Below are positions 11,031 to 23,164 of a stretch of DNA of 64,000 bases, piece after piece. The notes under the pieces are model-generated. The model had not been told where the DNA came from and ran no database searches. It saw only the letters and a list, made by a program, of their open reading frames with translations. Numbering within the stretch: the first letter of the stretch is position 1; each line of letters begins with the position of its first letter. This DNA is from Octopus bimaculoides (lineage: Eukaryota). The position numbers were made by a program, and so were the translations under genes. The DNA is taken from assembly GCF_001194135.2 (NCBI RefSeq), contig NC_068984.1, forward strand, positions 24,578,439-24,642,438, given 5' to 3'.

Positions 11031-12919
11031 AACATCAGGTTGTGTTACAGTTAGGATGAGATGTCGAAAGCAATGACGTTTCGAATCACGTTGGATTCTC
11101 CAAATGTAACAGGTTATGTTACGTTTAAATTGCTCGAAGTCCGGGAAATATCGTAATAAAGAACATCGGAAAGAAGGAATATTATTTATTATTTTTATTC
11201 ACACGCAGGGTCAGTACAGAAAGCTTAGTAGTAGTTAGCAGTTTAGTAGTACTAGGAGAAATGATAACGGTCATGTACTCGCGCACTCTTAATGGATGGA
11301 AGCTAGCTTAATTATTTGCTGCTAGAGAACGAGAAAGGGTGAGAATTGTGTTGGCCTTCTCTTTTCCATTCGGCCACGATGCTCTTGGTCAGAAGGCAGA
11401 TTCCAAACCTCTCATTAGGTCTATGTAAGGTCTGGCAAATAAAGTAAGTTATCTAAAAATAGAGGATTGACCTTTCTACGAACACAGTAGGTCTCCGAGG
11501 TCAAATCATCTTCATTAATTTCCAAGTACTGAGAGTCGAAAACAAAAGACCAGAAATGCATCTGACAATCAACAAAAATGTGGATTCGGTTTCGATTCTT
11601 AACTATGGATCCAGGAAACGATTTCTTACAACCCACTTCAGTATTTTGGAAGCCTTAACCTTTGGAAGATCTTTGCATGAATTAATCTAAGCAGGAATTT
11701 TCTATGAAGTGAAGAGTTACGGGCAACATGATGTCTTTGTTGATATTAAACACCCTTACAAGAGGAAATAAATATTACCTCTTGATATTAATACTGCTTT
11801 TGTCACTAATATATATGTAAGGGACGACCGTGCGAACTCATAAAAGGAGAAATGGTGACGAATGGAAAAACAGAGGACTCCTTTTATTTAAACGCGTCAC
11901 ACGGTCGAACACACAATTATATATCGATGATGATATAGATGATATGTTATGCGACGATAACATAGATGACCAGTAATGAAAGACCACAACCGTATAAGAG
12001 GAATAACAGAGATATTTATTATAGCGTTAAAGATGTATGTCTGTGTGAGAGTGTGAATGCGACATATAAGAACATAATCAAAGACAGGCCGTCATACAAA
12101 GAAAAGTGTGTATGTGAGTGATACATGTGTGTATGAGAAATATTANNNNNNNNNNNNNNNNNNNNNNNNNNNNNNNNNNNNNNNNNNNNNNNNNNNNNNN
12201 NNNNNNNNNNNNNNNNNNNNNNNNNNNNNNNNNNNNNNNNNNNNNNNNNNNNNNNNNNNNNNNNNNNNNNNNNNNNNNNNNNNNNNNNNNNNNNNNNNNN
12301 NNNNNNNNNNNNNNNNNNNNNNNNNNNNNNNNNNNNNNNNNNNNNNNNNNNNNNNNNNNNNNNNNNNNNNNNNNNNNNNNNNNNNNNNNNNNNNNNNNNN
12401 NNNNNNNNNNNNNNNNNNNNNNNNNNNNNNNNNNNNNNNNNNNNNNNNNNNNNNNNNNNNNNNNNNNNNNNNNNNNNNNNNNNNNNNNNNNNNNNNNNNN
12501 NNNNNNNNNNNNNNNNNNNNNNNNNNNNNNNNNNNNNNNNNNNNNNNNNNNNNNNNNNNNNNNNNNNNCGGAACAGTTCTCAAAGAGAAACTGGACCGAG
12601 ACAAATTTGGTTGCCGAGTTAAAGCTATTTATAACAAACTATTGGCTCCCGAAGGCTTCAGAATTTTACTCTATCACGTGACCTTATTAGGGGCCGTGAT
12701 TGGTCAGTTTGCGTTCTGGCGGGAAAGGTTCGAAGAAGTTGCCGATTCGAATAATGATCGGTCACGTGATGACAAGGAATGGGTTCTCTACTACGCTCGC
12801 ATTTATTTATATTTAAATGAGAAGATTGTATGTAATGGCGATAGTAGTTTGTATCTAATGGCGGGAGGTAGTTTCACTACATATATATGTGTTTAACAAC
12901 ATTACAAGAGGATTCTCAA

Positions 12920-13451
12920 GAACACATTTTGAATTATTGAATGTCCTTTGCTGAACATATGTCAGACAAATTTAACAGCTTTTTTATTTGTGTAACTTCA
13001 AAATATTTTGACAAACGTCGACCATTGTAATTCGTTCTCGAAAAGGGGCCCCCCCCAATTCTTTCTTACGGGAAAGTGCAAAGCTACAAAACGTCTATCT
13101 AGAAAAATAATTTCCTTTAAAATGGAATATAGCTAAAGCGATATCTTTCCACTATTAATGATACATTTCACAAAATGCTTGAGTCTACCAGTCGATTTAA
13201 TATTATTCTCTATTTTCAAGCCCATTTTCTTAGTATTTGTACCCAAACATATGTCACTGTAGTAGATTATTTTATTTTTGATATCGTCCCTTAAAATCTT
13301 TTGTTATTGCCCGTTGAAAATAGCAGTTCCAGTTTTTATGGTATCTGACAATTATGTTAATCTCAAAACACCAATAGAGTGTTATTTTATTTATTTTAGA
13401 GATCGTTATCTGTTTGAATTTGAGGGTGTAAAAGACGGATTAAACATTAGG
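12920..13451 (-). pseudogene. Decayed Gypsy pol: RT C-terminal part
   Basis: FQRAITKD..KIIYYSDICLG (YQDD-derived), KCIINSGKIS; frameshifted. Confidence 0.65.
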
Positions 13452-14412
13452 GGATCTTTGTGATTTGACGGGCAACATTTTTTTATGTAGTGTTTTTGGT
13501 ACCGAAACACTTTTAAACTTCGAATACTTGTATATTTTGTGTTATAGAACAGATAAAAAATTTTGTATTCGAAATTATTTCATGTAAAAAAATTGTCGTA
13601 TTTTGGTAATTTCAACCAATCACTGACGTCTATTGAGGTGAAAACAATTACTCCGTGGAATATAAACAACGGTGTTACGGGATTTTTTCCCTTGAATAAA
13701 ATTAGTCCCGTTGTTTGTCAACAAAAACTATCCGTTGTCAACAACAACTATCAGCGGTATATTTTTCGTTTGTCACTGTTATTTATGACATCGTTCGTGC
13801 GTTTNNNNNNNNNNNNNNNNNNNNNNNNNNNNNNNNNNNNNNNNNNNNNNNNNNNNNNNNNNNNNNNNNNNNNNNNNNNNNNNNNNNNNNNNNNNNNNNN
13901 NNNNNNNNNNNNNNNNNNNNNNNNNNNNNNNNNNNNNNNNNNNNNNNNNNNNNNNNNNNNNNNNNNNNNNNNNNNNNNNNNNNNNNNNNNNTTAGGGTTA
14001 GTTTTAGGATTACGGTTAGGGTTATGATTATTTTTGCCATAACCTTAACTCTAACCCTATAACTCATAACCATAACCCTAACCCTAAAACCCTAACCCTA
14101 ACCCTAAAACCCTAACCCTAAAACCCGAACCCTAAAACCCTAAACCCTTACTAGGGAATAATGATATAATTAAACATGGAATAACACACTTGACACCGAA
14201 CAGCAGTAACTGTATTCAGCTGAATAGACGTCAGTGATTGGTTGAAATTACAGAAATACGACAACTTTAACATGAAATAACTTGCGATGTATAATTTTTT
14301 GTTAAGAAGGCTAAGAGAAAAAGTTGTTTTGTATGACACATTCTACCAGTGTCCCAAGTTTGAAAGTGTTTCGTTAAGAAAACAAGTGTTGCCCTTCAAA
14401 TCGCAAAGATCC
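13452..14412. mobile_element. GGATCT-terminal MITE, copy 3, inserted in Gypsy RT
   Basis: TIR GGATCTTTGTGATTTGACGGGCAACA / TGTTGCCCTTCAAATCGCAAAGATCC; TSD ACATTAGG/ACATTGGG; TTAGGG/CCCTAA core; contains an N-gap. Confidence 0.85.
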
Positions 14413-14585
14413 ACATTGGGATGTAAATAAGAGACCGAATATATCTTACGAATAACGCCTTTCTCGAAGTCACCACAAATTCACAAATCTCCGTCTAATC
14501 TTTGTATAACTACAACAGACGATGCTCACTTGTTATCAACAGTTGGAATATGTTCTAATATGTACTGTTCAACAATTTCTTTCGT
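14413..14585 (-). pseudogene. Decayed Gypsy pol: RT N-terminal part
   Basis: ASSVVVIQRLDGDL*ICGDFEKGVIRKIYSVSYLHPNV matches 'ATPIVVVKK.DG.LRICGDFK...N.....SYPLP'. Confidence 0.75.
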
Positions 14586-14588
14586 AAC

Positions 14589-14712
14589 CAATAGCGTAAC
14601 TAGAGTGTGCGCCGCCCGGAGCAACTCTTGAGTTAGCTGCCTACACAAGCAGTGTAGATTCAGCAGTGCCGGTCCCGTAAAAGCGTCGTCACTCCCTTTC
14701 TAGCTACAGATG
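14589..14712. mobile_element. Short MITE related to 10707-10849
   Basis: CAATAGCGTAACTAGAGTGTGCGCCGCCCGG ... CTAGCTAC inverted ends. Confidence 0.5.
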
Positions 14713-14779
14713 GTAAAAGATGAATTGACAGTTTAGGAAATTCAAAATATAAGTATGTGCATTTCTTATAGTTTTAGTT

Positions 14780-15120
14780 GATGTAGTAGATTTGACTACT
14801 AAAGCTTTGGAGGAGTCTTGGTTGCCCCAAAGAGTATCCTGAAGTTCCTTGAAATTAAGATAACTCTACTATCAGTAACCACTCGCATTTCCAAACTGAC
14901 GTTATTCAATGTAACTTCAAGGTGATCCCTTCGGAGTTTTGTAGTGTAAACATGTTTATTTATGTGTCAAATTATTCGTCCTCAGTTTGTTCCATAAGTC
15001 TAACACAACAAACTGACTGAAAGTAATTCTTTTTTCTTTTTATGTGCACAATTCGCATATCTTTCCACATACAAGACATTATATCCACAAATTTCTGCAT
15101 GGTTTTAATAATAAAATTTC
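14780..15120 (-). pseudogene. Decayed Gypsy protease and possible gag zinc knuckle
   Basis: HLEVTLNNVSLEMRVVTDSRVILISRNF resembles the retroviral protease 'L.M.VDTGS.V.LIS' motif; CLVCGKI lies upstream. Confidence 0.55.
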
Positions 15121-15804
15121 GCATTTTGAAATTTTCTTCATTTTAGTTTTAACGATAGATATCAATATTCTGTTAAAATATAGATGTCTATAAAAATGAT
15201 TTTTTTTTCAATAGTAAAATATGAAATTAATTGATTTTCTTAGTCATACCTGCCTTACTAGTTAATCTATAGGTGTAGAATAAAGATATACATGTGAGAA
15301 ACAAGACATAATCAATTCAGTGGATTGTTTGGGAACAGCTGACACTATATCTATATGTTTCATTAAGACTGTTTAATCAAAAGATGATTTACTTTATTGA
15401 AGTAAACGACATGTGATAACGCTTTCTCTTCTAATCTAATGCAGGATCGATTGTGAGAATGGACAGCAAATAATGTTAGCTGCTTCTGAGTGGGAAATAG
15501 TTGCATAGGCTTTACAAGCAATATAAGAAACTGAAGAATAGAAAGTAGAGCACAAACATTTTTTAGGAAAAGATCTCTCAGATAAATGCTTAGTCATGAG
15601 CTTTTTTCTCTTTTGGTTACCCACGCAGTTCAGAAATGTCAATTGAAAGAAGTGGTAAACTGAGTGGAAAGGAGAGGGAGGGATGGAAGGAGGAGACAAA
15701 GAGAGAAAGAACAAAAATATGGGTTAAAGTGAGAGCTGAAAATCGCTTCATGCATATATACACAGTTTGTAGGAATTTCGCGTTTCGAGATGCAATCTTT
15801 TATC

Positions 15805-16172
15805 TTATACTTGTTTCAGTCATTAGATTGCAGCCAAGCTGGGGCATTGCCTTGAATAAATTTTAGTCAAATAGATCGACTCCAGTACTTTTTTTTAAAG
15901 CCTGGTACTTATTCTAGTAGAGTCTTATGCCGAACCGCTAAGTTATGGGGATGTAAACACACAAACACCTGTTATCAAGCGGTGGTGGGTGACAAACACA
16001 TACACACACGACAGGGTTCTTTCAGTTTCTACCAACTAAATCCACTCAAACAGCTTTGGTAGGACCGAGACTATGGTAGAAGACACTAGCCCAAGGTGCC
16101 ACGCAGTGGGACTGAACTCGGAACCATGTGGTTGGAAAGCAAACTTCTTACCACACAACCACGCCTGCGCCT
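15805..16172 (-). mobile_element. tRNA-derived SINE (GGCGCAGG.GTGGCTGTGTGG family)
   Basis: Reverse complement aligns to 27848-28237. Confidence 0.85.
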
Positions 16173-17059
16173 AGCGAGAGAGATATCTTTTTACTGGAAG
16201 TTACTCCCAACTAAACGGCCAGCAAATAGCAACAAAACAACCCCCAAGCAATCACTTAGTTTGCCAGGGATAACAAACTTAAAGGAGGTAAGTTCTAGCG
16301 AGAAGCAACTTTTAAAACCATAAAACGATCGGCATAAAAATTAAGATAATATCTATTATGTGAGGGTAACGAAAAGAAGGAAGAGAATTCTGTTAGATAG
16401 CTGTTCGAAGAAGGAAACTATTAGAGAAGATTTGTTTTTTCTTATAGGGAGGACATCGGTAAAAGAATATACAACAGAAAGACGTTACTTGATTAGTAAC
16501 TTCAAGAGGGGGATTCGCAAGTATCACATATTATACCCAGTGTAAACAAAACTTTTTACTGCGATAGTCACCATGAGAGAAACTCTCATATGGTTATGTG
16601 GTGCCTATAAGCACTCTTGTTTACATCGCTAGCAGGAGACAATCACTGCCATCGTCGCCGTCAGGACAACCAGATAACGTGATTTCGGCCTTCCGCTTAT
16701 ATGTATCACAAAACCCTAAAAGAGGTTTTCTTAGATTCTGTGTTCTAACACAGCATCCACTTTTAAGTGGTGATAGATATTACCTTTTGTCGCTATTATT
16801 TTTTAATATGCTTTGTTTTTGTTTTTGAAATATGTATAATGCATTATACACTATTCGTATGCAGTTATATCCAGAGATAGGCACAAGAAATAATGTTAGA
16901 TACCAAAGTAGTACCCAAGGAAACTAATGATGTTTTTGTATAAGAAAAACGCAATGGCCTTCCAAATCAAAAAACGGAGGCAAGAAAATAAAAGCGGCGC
17001 GAGAGTGACGACAAAGAGAGGGAGATGAACGATGTGAAAAGTATGATTAACATTAGTGG

Positions 17060-17800
17060 TAAAGACAAAGGTCAGATTCGCACCATCCAGCTTAGGTTCA
17101 TTCTTCTACTTTTTCTAAATGGCTGTTTCCCCCTTTTAACAGTCCAATAGAAATATATTTGTCAGTTGCGACATGGTTAGCCTTGGTGACTTCACCTGTT
17201 GCATGGTTGTTGAACATGATTTGGATTTCTTCGTAATTATTTTTAGTCCCGCTTTGTTGCTTTTAATGTTCAGTTCAATTGACATTTGTTCCAGTTTAAG
17301 AAAACTATTTGTAAAGAGGATTAGGTCATTAGCAATGACTTAGAAATCCATCTTGATGTTTATCTCTTTTTCATCTCGCTCAAACTTTTATAGAAATGCC
17401 TTGTAATGCGGGATTGCGTTCGGACAATGTACACCATTGTTTTAATCCTCTTTCAATATCGATCTTTTTGTTTTCATTAGAAGTCTTATAAAAGATGTTC
17501 ATTGGCTACAAATTTTCTTAATATTTCATGACAGTGATACATTGTTCCTTGATCAATAACAGCTTTAAGCACAGCTGGGATTTCAAGGCTATCGATGGTT
17601 TTCACAGTTAATAAAGTCTAAACATATACTCACACAAACGCACGCACGCATAGACAGACAGACAGACACACACACATTGTATTATGTGTTTCTGAAAAAC
17701 TTGTTCATGACCTGTAGATGGTTCATTGTTGAAAACCCACCCTTGAAGTCTGTTTGTTCCAATGGTTGACTGATATTTAAGAAGGTATTAATACGATTTG
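17060..17800 (-). mobile_element. RTE-clade LINE RT fragment, split by a microsatellite
   Basis: QPLEQTDFKGGFSTMNHLQVM; IANDLILFTNSFLKLEQMSIELNIKSNKAGLKIITKKSKIMFN. Confidence 0.75.
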
Positions 17801-18234
17801 AGAGCACTTAATCCTAGTAAGGCAGGGCCCTGATAAGTCTGTACTTTTTAGAGCCTGTAATGTCACCTACCAGGTATAAAAGTATGTTGATGACATTGCT
17901 CTAGCTACCGAGAATTTCACTTTTTTATGCATTCAGTGAAGAAATTTGTTAATCATCTACAAATTAGAACCTTTCCTTCTCTTAGGAATTTAGTGTCTTA
18001 AAAGCTCTTTAATTGGAATTTTAAAAGTCAGTCTATCTGAAAAATAGATTAAGATCTATTCAAAAAAAATGAAGTCTATTTAAAGTGTATTGCAGGTAGA
18101 AATAAAAAACAAAAACATATTCGAAAACATGTTTTTTTTTAAAGAAAATTTCCGAACTTAAAATTCTGTCATTAGCTGAATGTTTTCCTTCTTTCGATAC
18201 AAACGTTTGAATTTGATATTTGTGTAACTCATAT

Positions 18235-18732
18235 ATTCTAATACGTTTCGCCGTTTCTAAACTTGCAATAGATTCACAGATATTTCTTCTAATTCCTCTA
18301 TAGATTCGGCTGTGAAAACTAGATAATCAGTATATGAGTTCCCATAGACAACCAGTCTTAAACTCTACTCTGAGAACTGAACTATGATGGACCCCCAACT
18401 CTCACATTAAATTCCTTACTGAAGTCGTTGTTAAATCTCGCTTTACTTTGTACATAGTTTGTACAGCTCTCACAAACCATTCGTCAATGCCTAGTTTCCT
18501 TAGCGACCACCAAATTATTGTACATAGCACTCTGTCGAATGCCTTCTCCAGGTCAACGAAGGCCAAGAATAATGATGTACTCTCGTATTTCTCCTGTAGT
18601 AGCAACGCTAAAAAGATTGTATTTGTGGTACCTCTTTCAGGCACAAAACCAAACTACATTTTATCTAGATCTATCCTGCGACGAATCAATCGTGCAACGA
18701 TCCTCTCTATGACCTTCATAATTCCTTTTCTC
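18235..18732 (-). mobile_element. RTE LINE, inverted 5' segment (RT core)
   Basis: MKVIERIVARLIR..FGFVPERGTTNTIF..FVDLEKAFDRV..VRVGVHHSSVL..WELIY-DYLVFTAESIEELE. Confidence 0.85.
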
Positions 18733-19540
18733 TAATGTAAACTTAGCAAAAATGCAAATTTTAGTAAGAAAGAAAACAGAGTCCAAGTAACCCCAGGGAA
18801 ATGACCTTGCTTCATATACAGAAAAAAAGTAGGCACAAACTCCATACGTTGCATTCAGTGTACACATAAAATATGCAGTGGGATCACAGACAGACAGTCA
18901 AAGAACACAAGTTTCATATGCAATAGATGCACTGGAACAATACGTTCCAGAGATAGAACCCCTTAAATGCCTGGATGGTTCACTAGAAGTAGTTGATAGA
19001 TTTTGCTATCTAGATGTCATCAGCAAGGGAGATGTTTGCTTTGAAAGTATAGCAGCAAGTGGGAAAATGTGTTGGAGAAAGTGCAGGGAGCTATTACCGC
19101 TACTGGTATGATGCTTGCATTAGAACTGCAATATTACATGATAGTGAAGCATGAGCCTTGAACGCAGAGGATATAAAAAGACTAGAAAAAATAAAAAAAT
19201 TTAAACGAATATGTTCCCTTGGATGTGCAATTTAAGCGTGCACGAAAATGGTATAAGTGTGCTGAGAGAAAAAAACTGGGCATAAGAGCAATCAGATGTG
19301 TGCAAGAAAGAAGACTGCGCAGATACGTACACGTGATGTGTGTGGATGTGATCAGTTGTATAAAGAAGTGCAAATCACTGTACGTAGCTGGAGCCTGTGG
19401 CCAAGGAAGACCCAGAAGACATAAAATGAAGCAATGAAGGCTGACCTCAAGACCCTGAGCCTCACAGAGGAAATGACAAAGGACCTGGATATCTAGCAAT
19501 AGTAGGATATCGTGAAAACCTGCCCATCACGGCAAAACTT
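18733..19540 (+). mobile_element. RTE LINE, forward 3' segment
   Basis: VNLAKMQILVRK..K-PCFIYRKKVGTNSIRCIQC..CLDGSLEVVDRFCYL..CWRKCRELLPLLV..GQGRPRR. Confidence 0.85.
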
Positions 19541-20389
19541 ACTCCTGGAAGTGTGGGTATATATTGTATGTATATACACACGCACAGGCTCACAATCAAC
19601 CAATCCCCTCCTCACATCACCCTCCCATTACTGCTTTTTCCCATTCTCGATACCACGTTTTTCTCTTGCTGTCCAGAACTACCACACTTGTTAGCTATTC
19701 TTCATCAGTGGATATTGTTCTCCACACCCACGTTACAGTGGCCATCCCATCCCGCTCTCTGTATCATCAAATGATCTCTCCTCATGCACTACACTTATCT
19801 ATCTCTCTACTTTGTTTCTACAGTCTACACAAACATGTCATTTCTCTTCTCACTCTGTCATCATTACAACCCTGCTGCTCGCATCTCCCTAGCCCCACCC
19901 AACTCGAGTACCCCCTTCCTTCTATCCTTCCCAGTCTTTCCAGATGTTGCCTATCTGCCTCTATCTTTCTCACACCCCCTATCTCTTCCACCATAGTCTT
20001 ACAAACTCATACCCCTACTACTCCTCCTACCTGAGGTGCCATCTGGACACCTCATTACCATAATCTATCTCTTTGGAGATATCACCATTTCATTCTCATT
20101 CTCTCTCTGCTTTGTTATTAGCTATGTAACTTCTCTACCAGAACTTGCTCTATCCCAAACTTTTCCCCTAATACCTTACCCCCCCCCATCAAACATAATG
20201 ACGCAACACCCACCATTTACAGGCTACATAGTGGCCTCATTGGTACTAGTGACAAGAAAATAGCACCTAGCATACACAGTAAAATGGTTGGCGTTAGGAA
20301 AGGCATCCAACCGCAGAAGCCATGCCAAAGCAAAACATTAGAGTAAGATGCAATCCTTGGACTCATCGGATTCTTGTCGATCCGACCAG

Positions 20390-20497
20390 GCGTTGGCATG
20401 GCTGTATGGTAAGAAGTTTGTTTCCTAACCACATGGTTCCGGGTTTAGTACCACTGCATGGCACCTTGGGCAAATGTCTTCTACTATAGCCCCGGGC
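20390..20497 (-). mobile_element. SINE head fragment (GGCGCAGG family)
   Basis: GGCTGTATGGTAAGAAGTTTGTTTCCTAACCACATGGTTCCGGG..CACCTTGGGCAAATGTCTTCTACTATAGCC reads on + here; strand and boundaries are tangled with adjacent RTE 3' UTR pieces. Confidence 0.45.
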
Positions 20498-20498
20498 C

Positions 20499-20712
20499 GT
20501 GGAGACACACGGACTAGTGGTTATAGCAGCGGACTCGCGGGTTCGAATCTCAGACTTGGCGGTGTGTGTGTTTATGAGCGAAACACCTAAGCTCCACGCA
20601 GCTCCGGCAGAAGGTGATGGCAAACTTCTGTTGCCTCTTTCGCCACAACTTTCTCTCACTCTTTCCTCCAGCATCCCGCCCAGGTGGGGAACCTATACGC
20701 CAATGAAACCGG
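20499..20712 (+). mobile_element. tRNA-derived SINE related to 4202-4577
   Basis: GGTTATAGCAGCGGACTCGCGGGTTCGAATC head and GAGCGAAACACCTAAGCTCCACG body. Confidence 0.75.
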
Positions 20713-21484
20713 NNNNNNNNNNNNNNNNNNNNNNNNNNNNNNNNNNNNNNNNNNNNNNNNNNNNNNNNNNNNNNNNNNNNNNNNNNNNNNNNNNNNNNNN
20801 NNNNNNNNNNNNNNNNNNNNNNNNNNNNNNNNNNNNNNNNNNNNNNNNNNNNNNNNNNNNNNNNNNNNNNNNNNNNNNNNNNNNNNNNNNNNNNNNNNNN
20901 NNNNNNNNNNNNNNNNNNNNNNNNNNNNNNNNNNNNNNNNNNNNNNNNNNNNNNNNNNNNNNNNNNNNNNNNNNNNNNNNNNNNNNNNNNNNNNNNNNNN
21001 NNNNNNNNNNNNNNNNNNNNNNNNNNNNNNNNNNNNNNNNNTGTGTGTGTGTAGTTTCTGTTTGTCTCTCTCTCACCGCCTGACAACCGCTGTTGAATTG
21101 TTCACGTCTCCGCAAAACAACGGTTTGACAAAAATGCTGATAGAAAAAACACCAAGCCTGTAAAAAAAGTATAGGAGCTGGTTTATTCGACTAAACTCTT
21201 CAAGGCGATGCTGCAGTCTAATGACTGGACAAAATAAAAGACATGTATATATTTTGGTAGAATGTTTCCCGATGTTTTTTATCTTCATATTGTTGATATT
21301 CATAATTAGCGTCACTAAATTTAATTTATTGCTAAGTATTTTATCGAAAAGATCACATCCACTCCAATTTGCATCGTCAATATATCGTATATATTTTTCT
21401 AAAAATTAAACGATATAACTGGAGTCACCTCCCCTGGATCTTTTGATCGAAATTTTTCAACTCGTAGTATTACATGCATAAGAA

Positions 21485-21690
21485 AAGCAGCGAGCTGACT
21501 GAATCGTTTACACACCGAGCAAAATGTTTAGCGTCCGTCTTTACGTTCTGAGTTCAAATTCCACCACCGAGGTCGACTTTACTTTTCATCCTTTCCAGGT
21601 CGATAAAATAAGTACTAGTTTACCACTGGAGTCAATATAACCGGTTTAGCTCCTCCCCCGAAAATGAAGGCCTTGTGCCATAGTTTGAAA
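21485..21690 (+). mobile_element. Nin-core SINE
   Basis: Aligns to 1998-2229. Confidence 0.8.
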
Positions 21691-21869
21691 TCAATATTAA
21701 ATGCGTAAGCAGGGCAGCGAGCTGGTAGAATCGTTAGCATGCCGGGCAAAATATTGAAAAACATTAATGTGTGTGAGAAAGAAAAGAGAAGGGTGGTCGT
21801 GGGATGTGCTAGAAACAACAGCCAAATCTCCCTTGAATCATACACCGTTTCGTTTGAAAATATTTAACT

Positions 21870-22400
21870 TTTTTTCTTACCGAAAACGCTTCTCCTATAG
21901 TTTTCAAGCACGTATTGGCCAAAATCGATCTGGATGAGGTGAAAGAAATCACAAATTTTCTAATTTTTTTTTTCATTAAAAGATGTTTCCCACTCATCAT
22001 TTAAAAAGCTGTAGTTAAAACAAAATCGGAAAACTTCCCGTCAAAACGGAGAAATTCCAAATTTTGTGGGCTTCTTGATCCATATCTCCTCTCCCCACCC
22101 GCAGAATAAAAATTTTCCATCAAATTTTTATAATCGTAATCTATGTCGTTTGAAAGGTATTTGTTAAAAATTTCATTAAAAACTACTCACTTTCCTGGAA
22201 GTCATAAGGTAACAAAAGTCGGTCGTGTGAATTTTTCGAAACTCCCCACTCCGGAAAAATTCTTTCCAACAAACCCCTATATACTCTGAATCTACAGTAT
22301 CTAAGCGGTATTTGTTGAAAATTTCGTTAAAAAGTATACATTCTTTGGAAGTTAAGAGGCAACAAATTTGGAGGGTGGGGTACACTGTGGGAATGCCATA
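21870..22400 (+). mobile_element. Non-autonomous AT-rich repeat (possibly Helentron/DINE-like)
   Basis: Internal duplicated GGTATTTGTT..AAAATTTC blocks; ends GGGGTACACTGTGGGAATGCC as at 5990-6015. Confidence 0.5.
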
Positions 22401-23164
22401 TTTCTCCGTTTTACTTAATTCTGCGGAAAGTGGAGTTAAATTACTCTCAAATCGAGTTTGTTATATTTTGTGTTTTAAATAAATACAGAAATTATAAGAG
22501 AGGCGTGCGCTCACACATATAACCAATCATACAAAATAACTCAACTTACACAAAACTATATAGTGAAAGATACAAAGTCTAGCAAAAATACACACTAAAA
22601 AAAAAAGTGGCGATCTAAAAAAAGAAGCAACATATAAAATGTAACGTGTGGCTGCGATTAACTCAAATAGAATTAAGTGAAATGGGGAAAAAAAAGTCCT
22701 ATCTTCAACGCTTTAAGTAAAAGTAATATAACGTTTATTGTTCAACAGAAAACACTGATTTGGGTTCGCTGTTGAATCGTTCTAAAAGTAGTTATACTTG
22801 TCTTAAAGCCGGCCAACAATTGCTGTTCATAACTTTCCCACACATTTCAGAACATTAAACAGGTCTGTAAAATATCCAAGATACATTTGTGACGCTATAT
22901 ATGCTTGCATTTTGATATTTCCAGTATGCTCCATCGGTTTTCTAGGAATATTATTGCAAATATTTATTGTGATCATAACAGACAAACGATAGATATGTAA
23001 ATGTAAACAAACCCGAAAACTGTGTGAGTGAATGCATGCAAAATATAAAGAAACGCAAACAATTATTAGAAATGTATACGATTCTATAAACATAAAGACA
23101 TATATTAACAATTATCATAAAAACATATGGTAACAATGAGAAACCTGAAGAAATCTAAGGAAAT

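Noticed and set aside
11071-11106. GAATC-N6-GATTC-GAAACGTC hammerhead-like half on the - strand
   Set aside because: No CTGANGA core (TTTGGA instead) and it sits at a rearranged junction; too degraded to call.
12108-12896. Long ORFs spanning N-runs (also 13563-14073, 20499-21163, 25183-25960, 36583-37264, 60255-60513)
   Set aside because: Their length comes from assembly gaps translated as X.
13992-14150. Genuine telomere fusion site
   Set aside because: Enclosed by MITE TIRs and an 8-bp TSD; repeats are short and degenerate.
16200-17000. Short ORFs as a gene or TE protein
   Set aside because: No motif recognised in any of the frames I translated.
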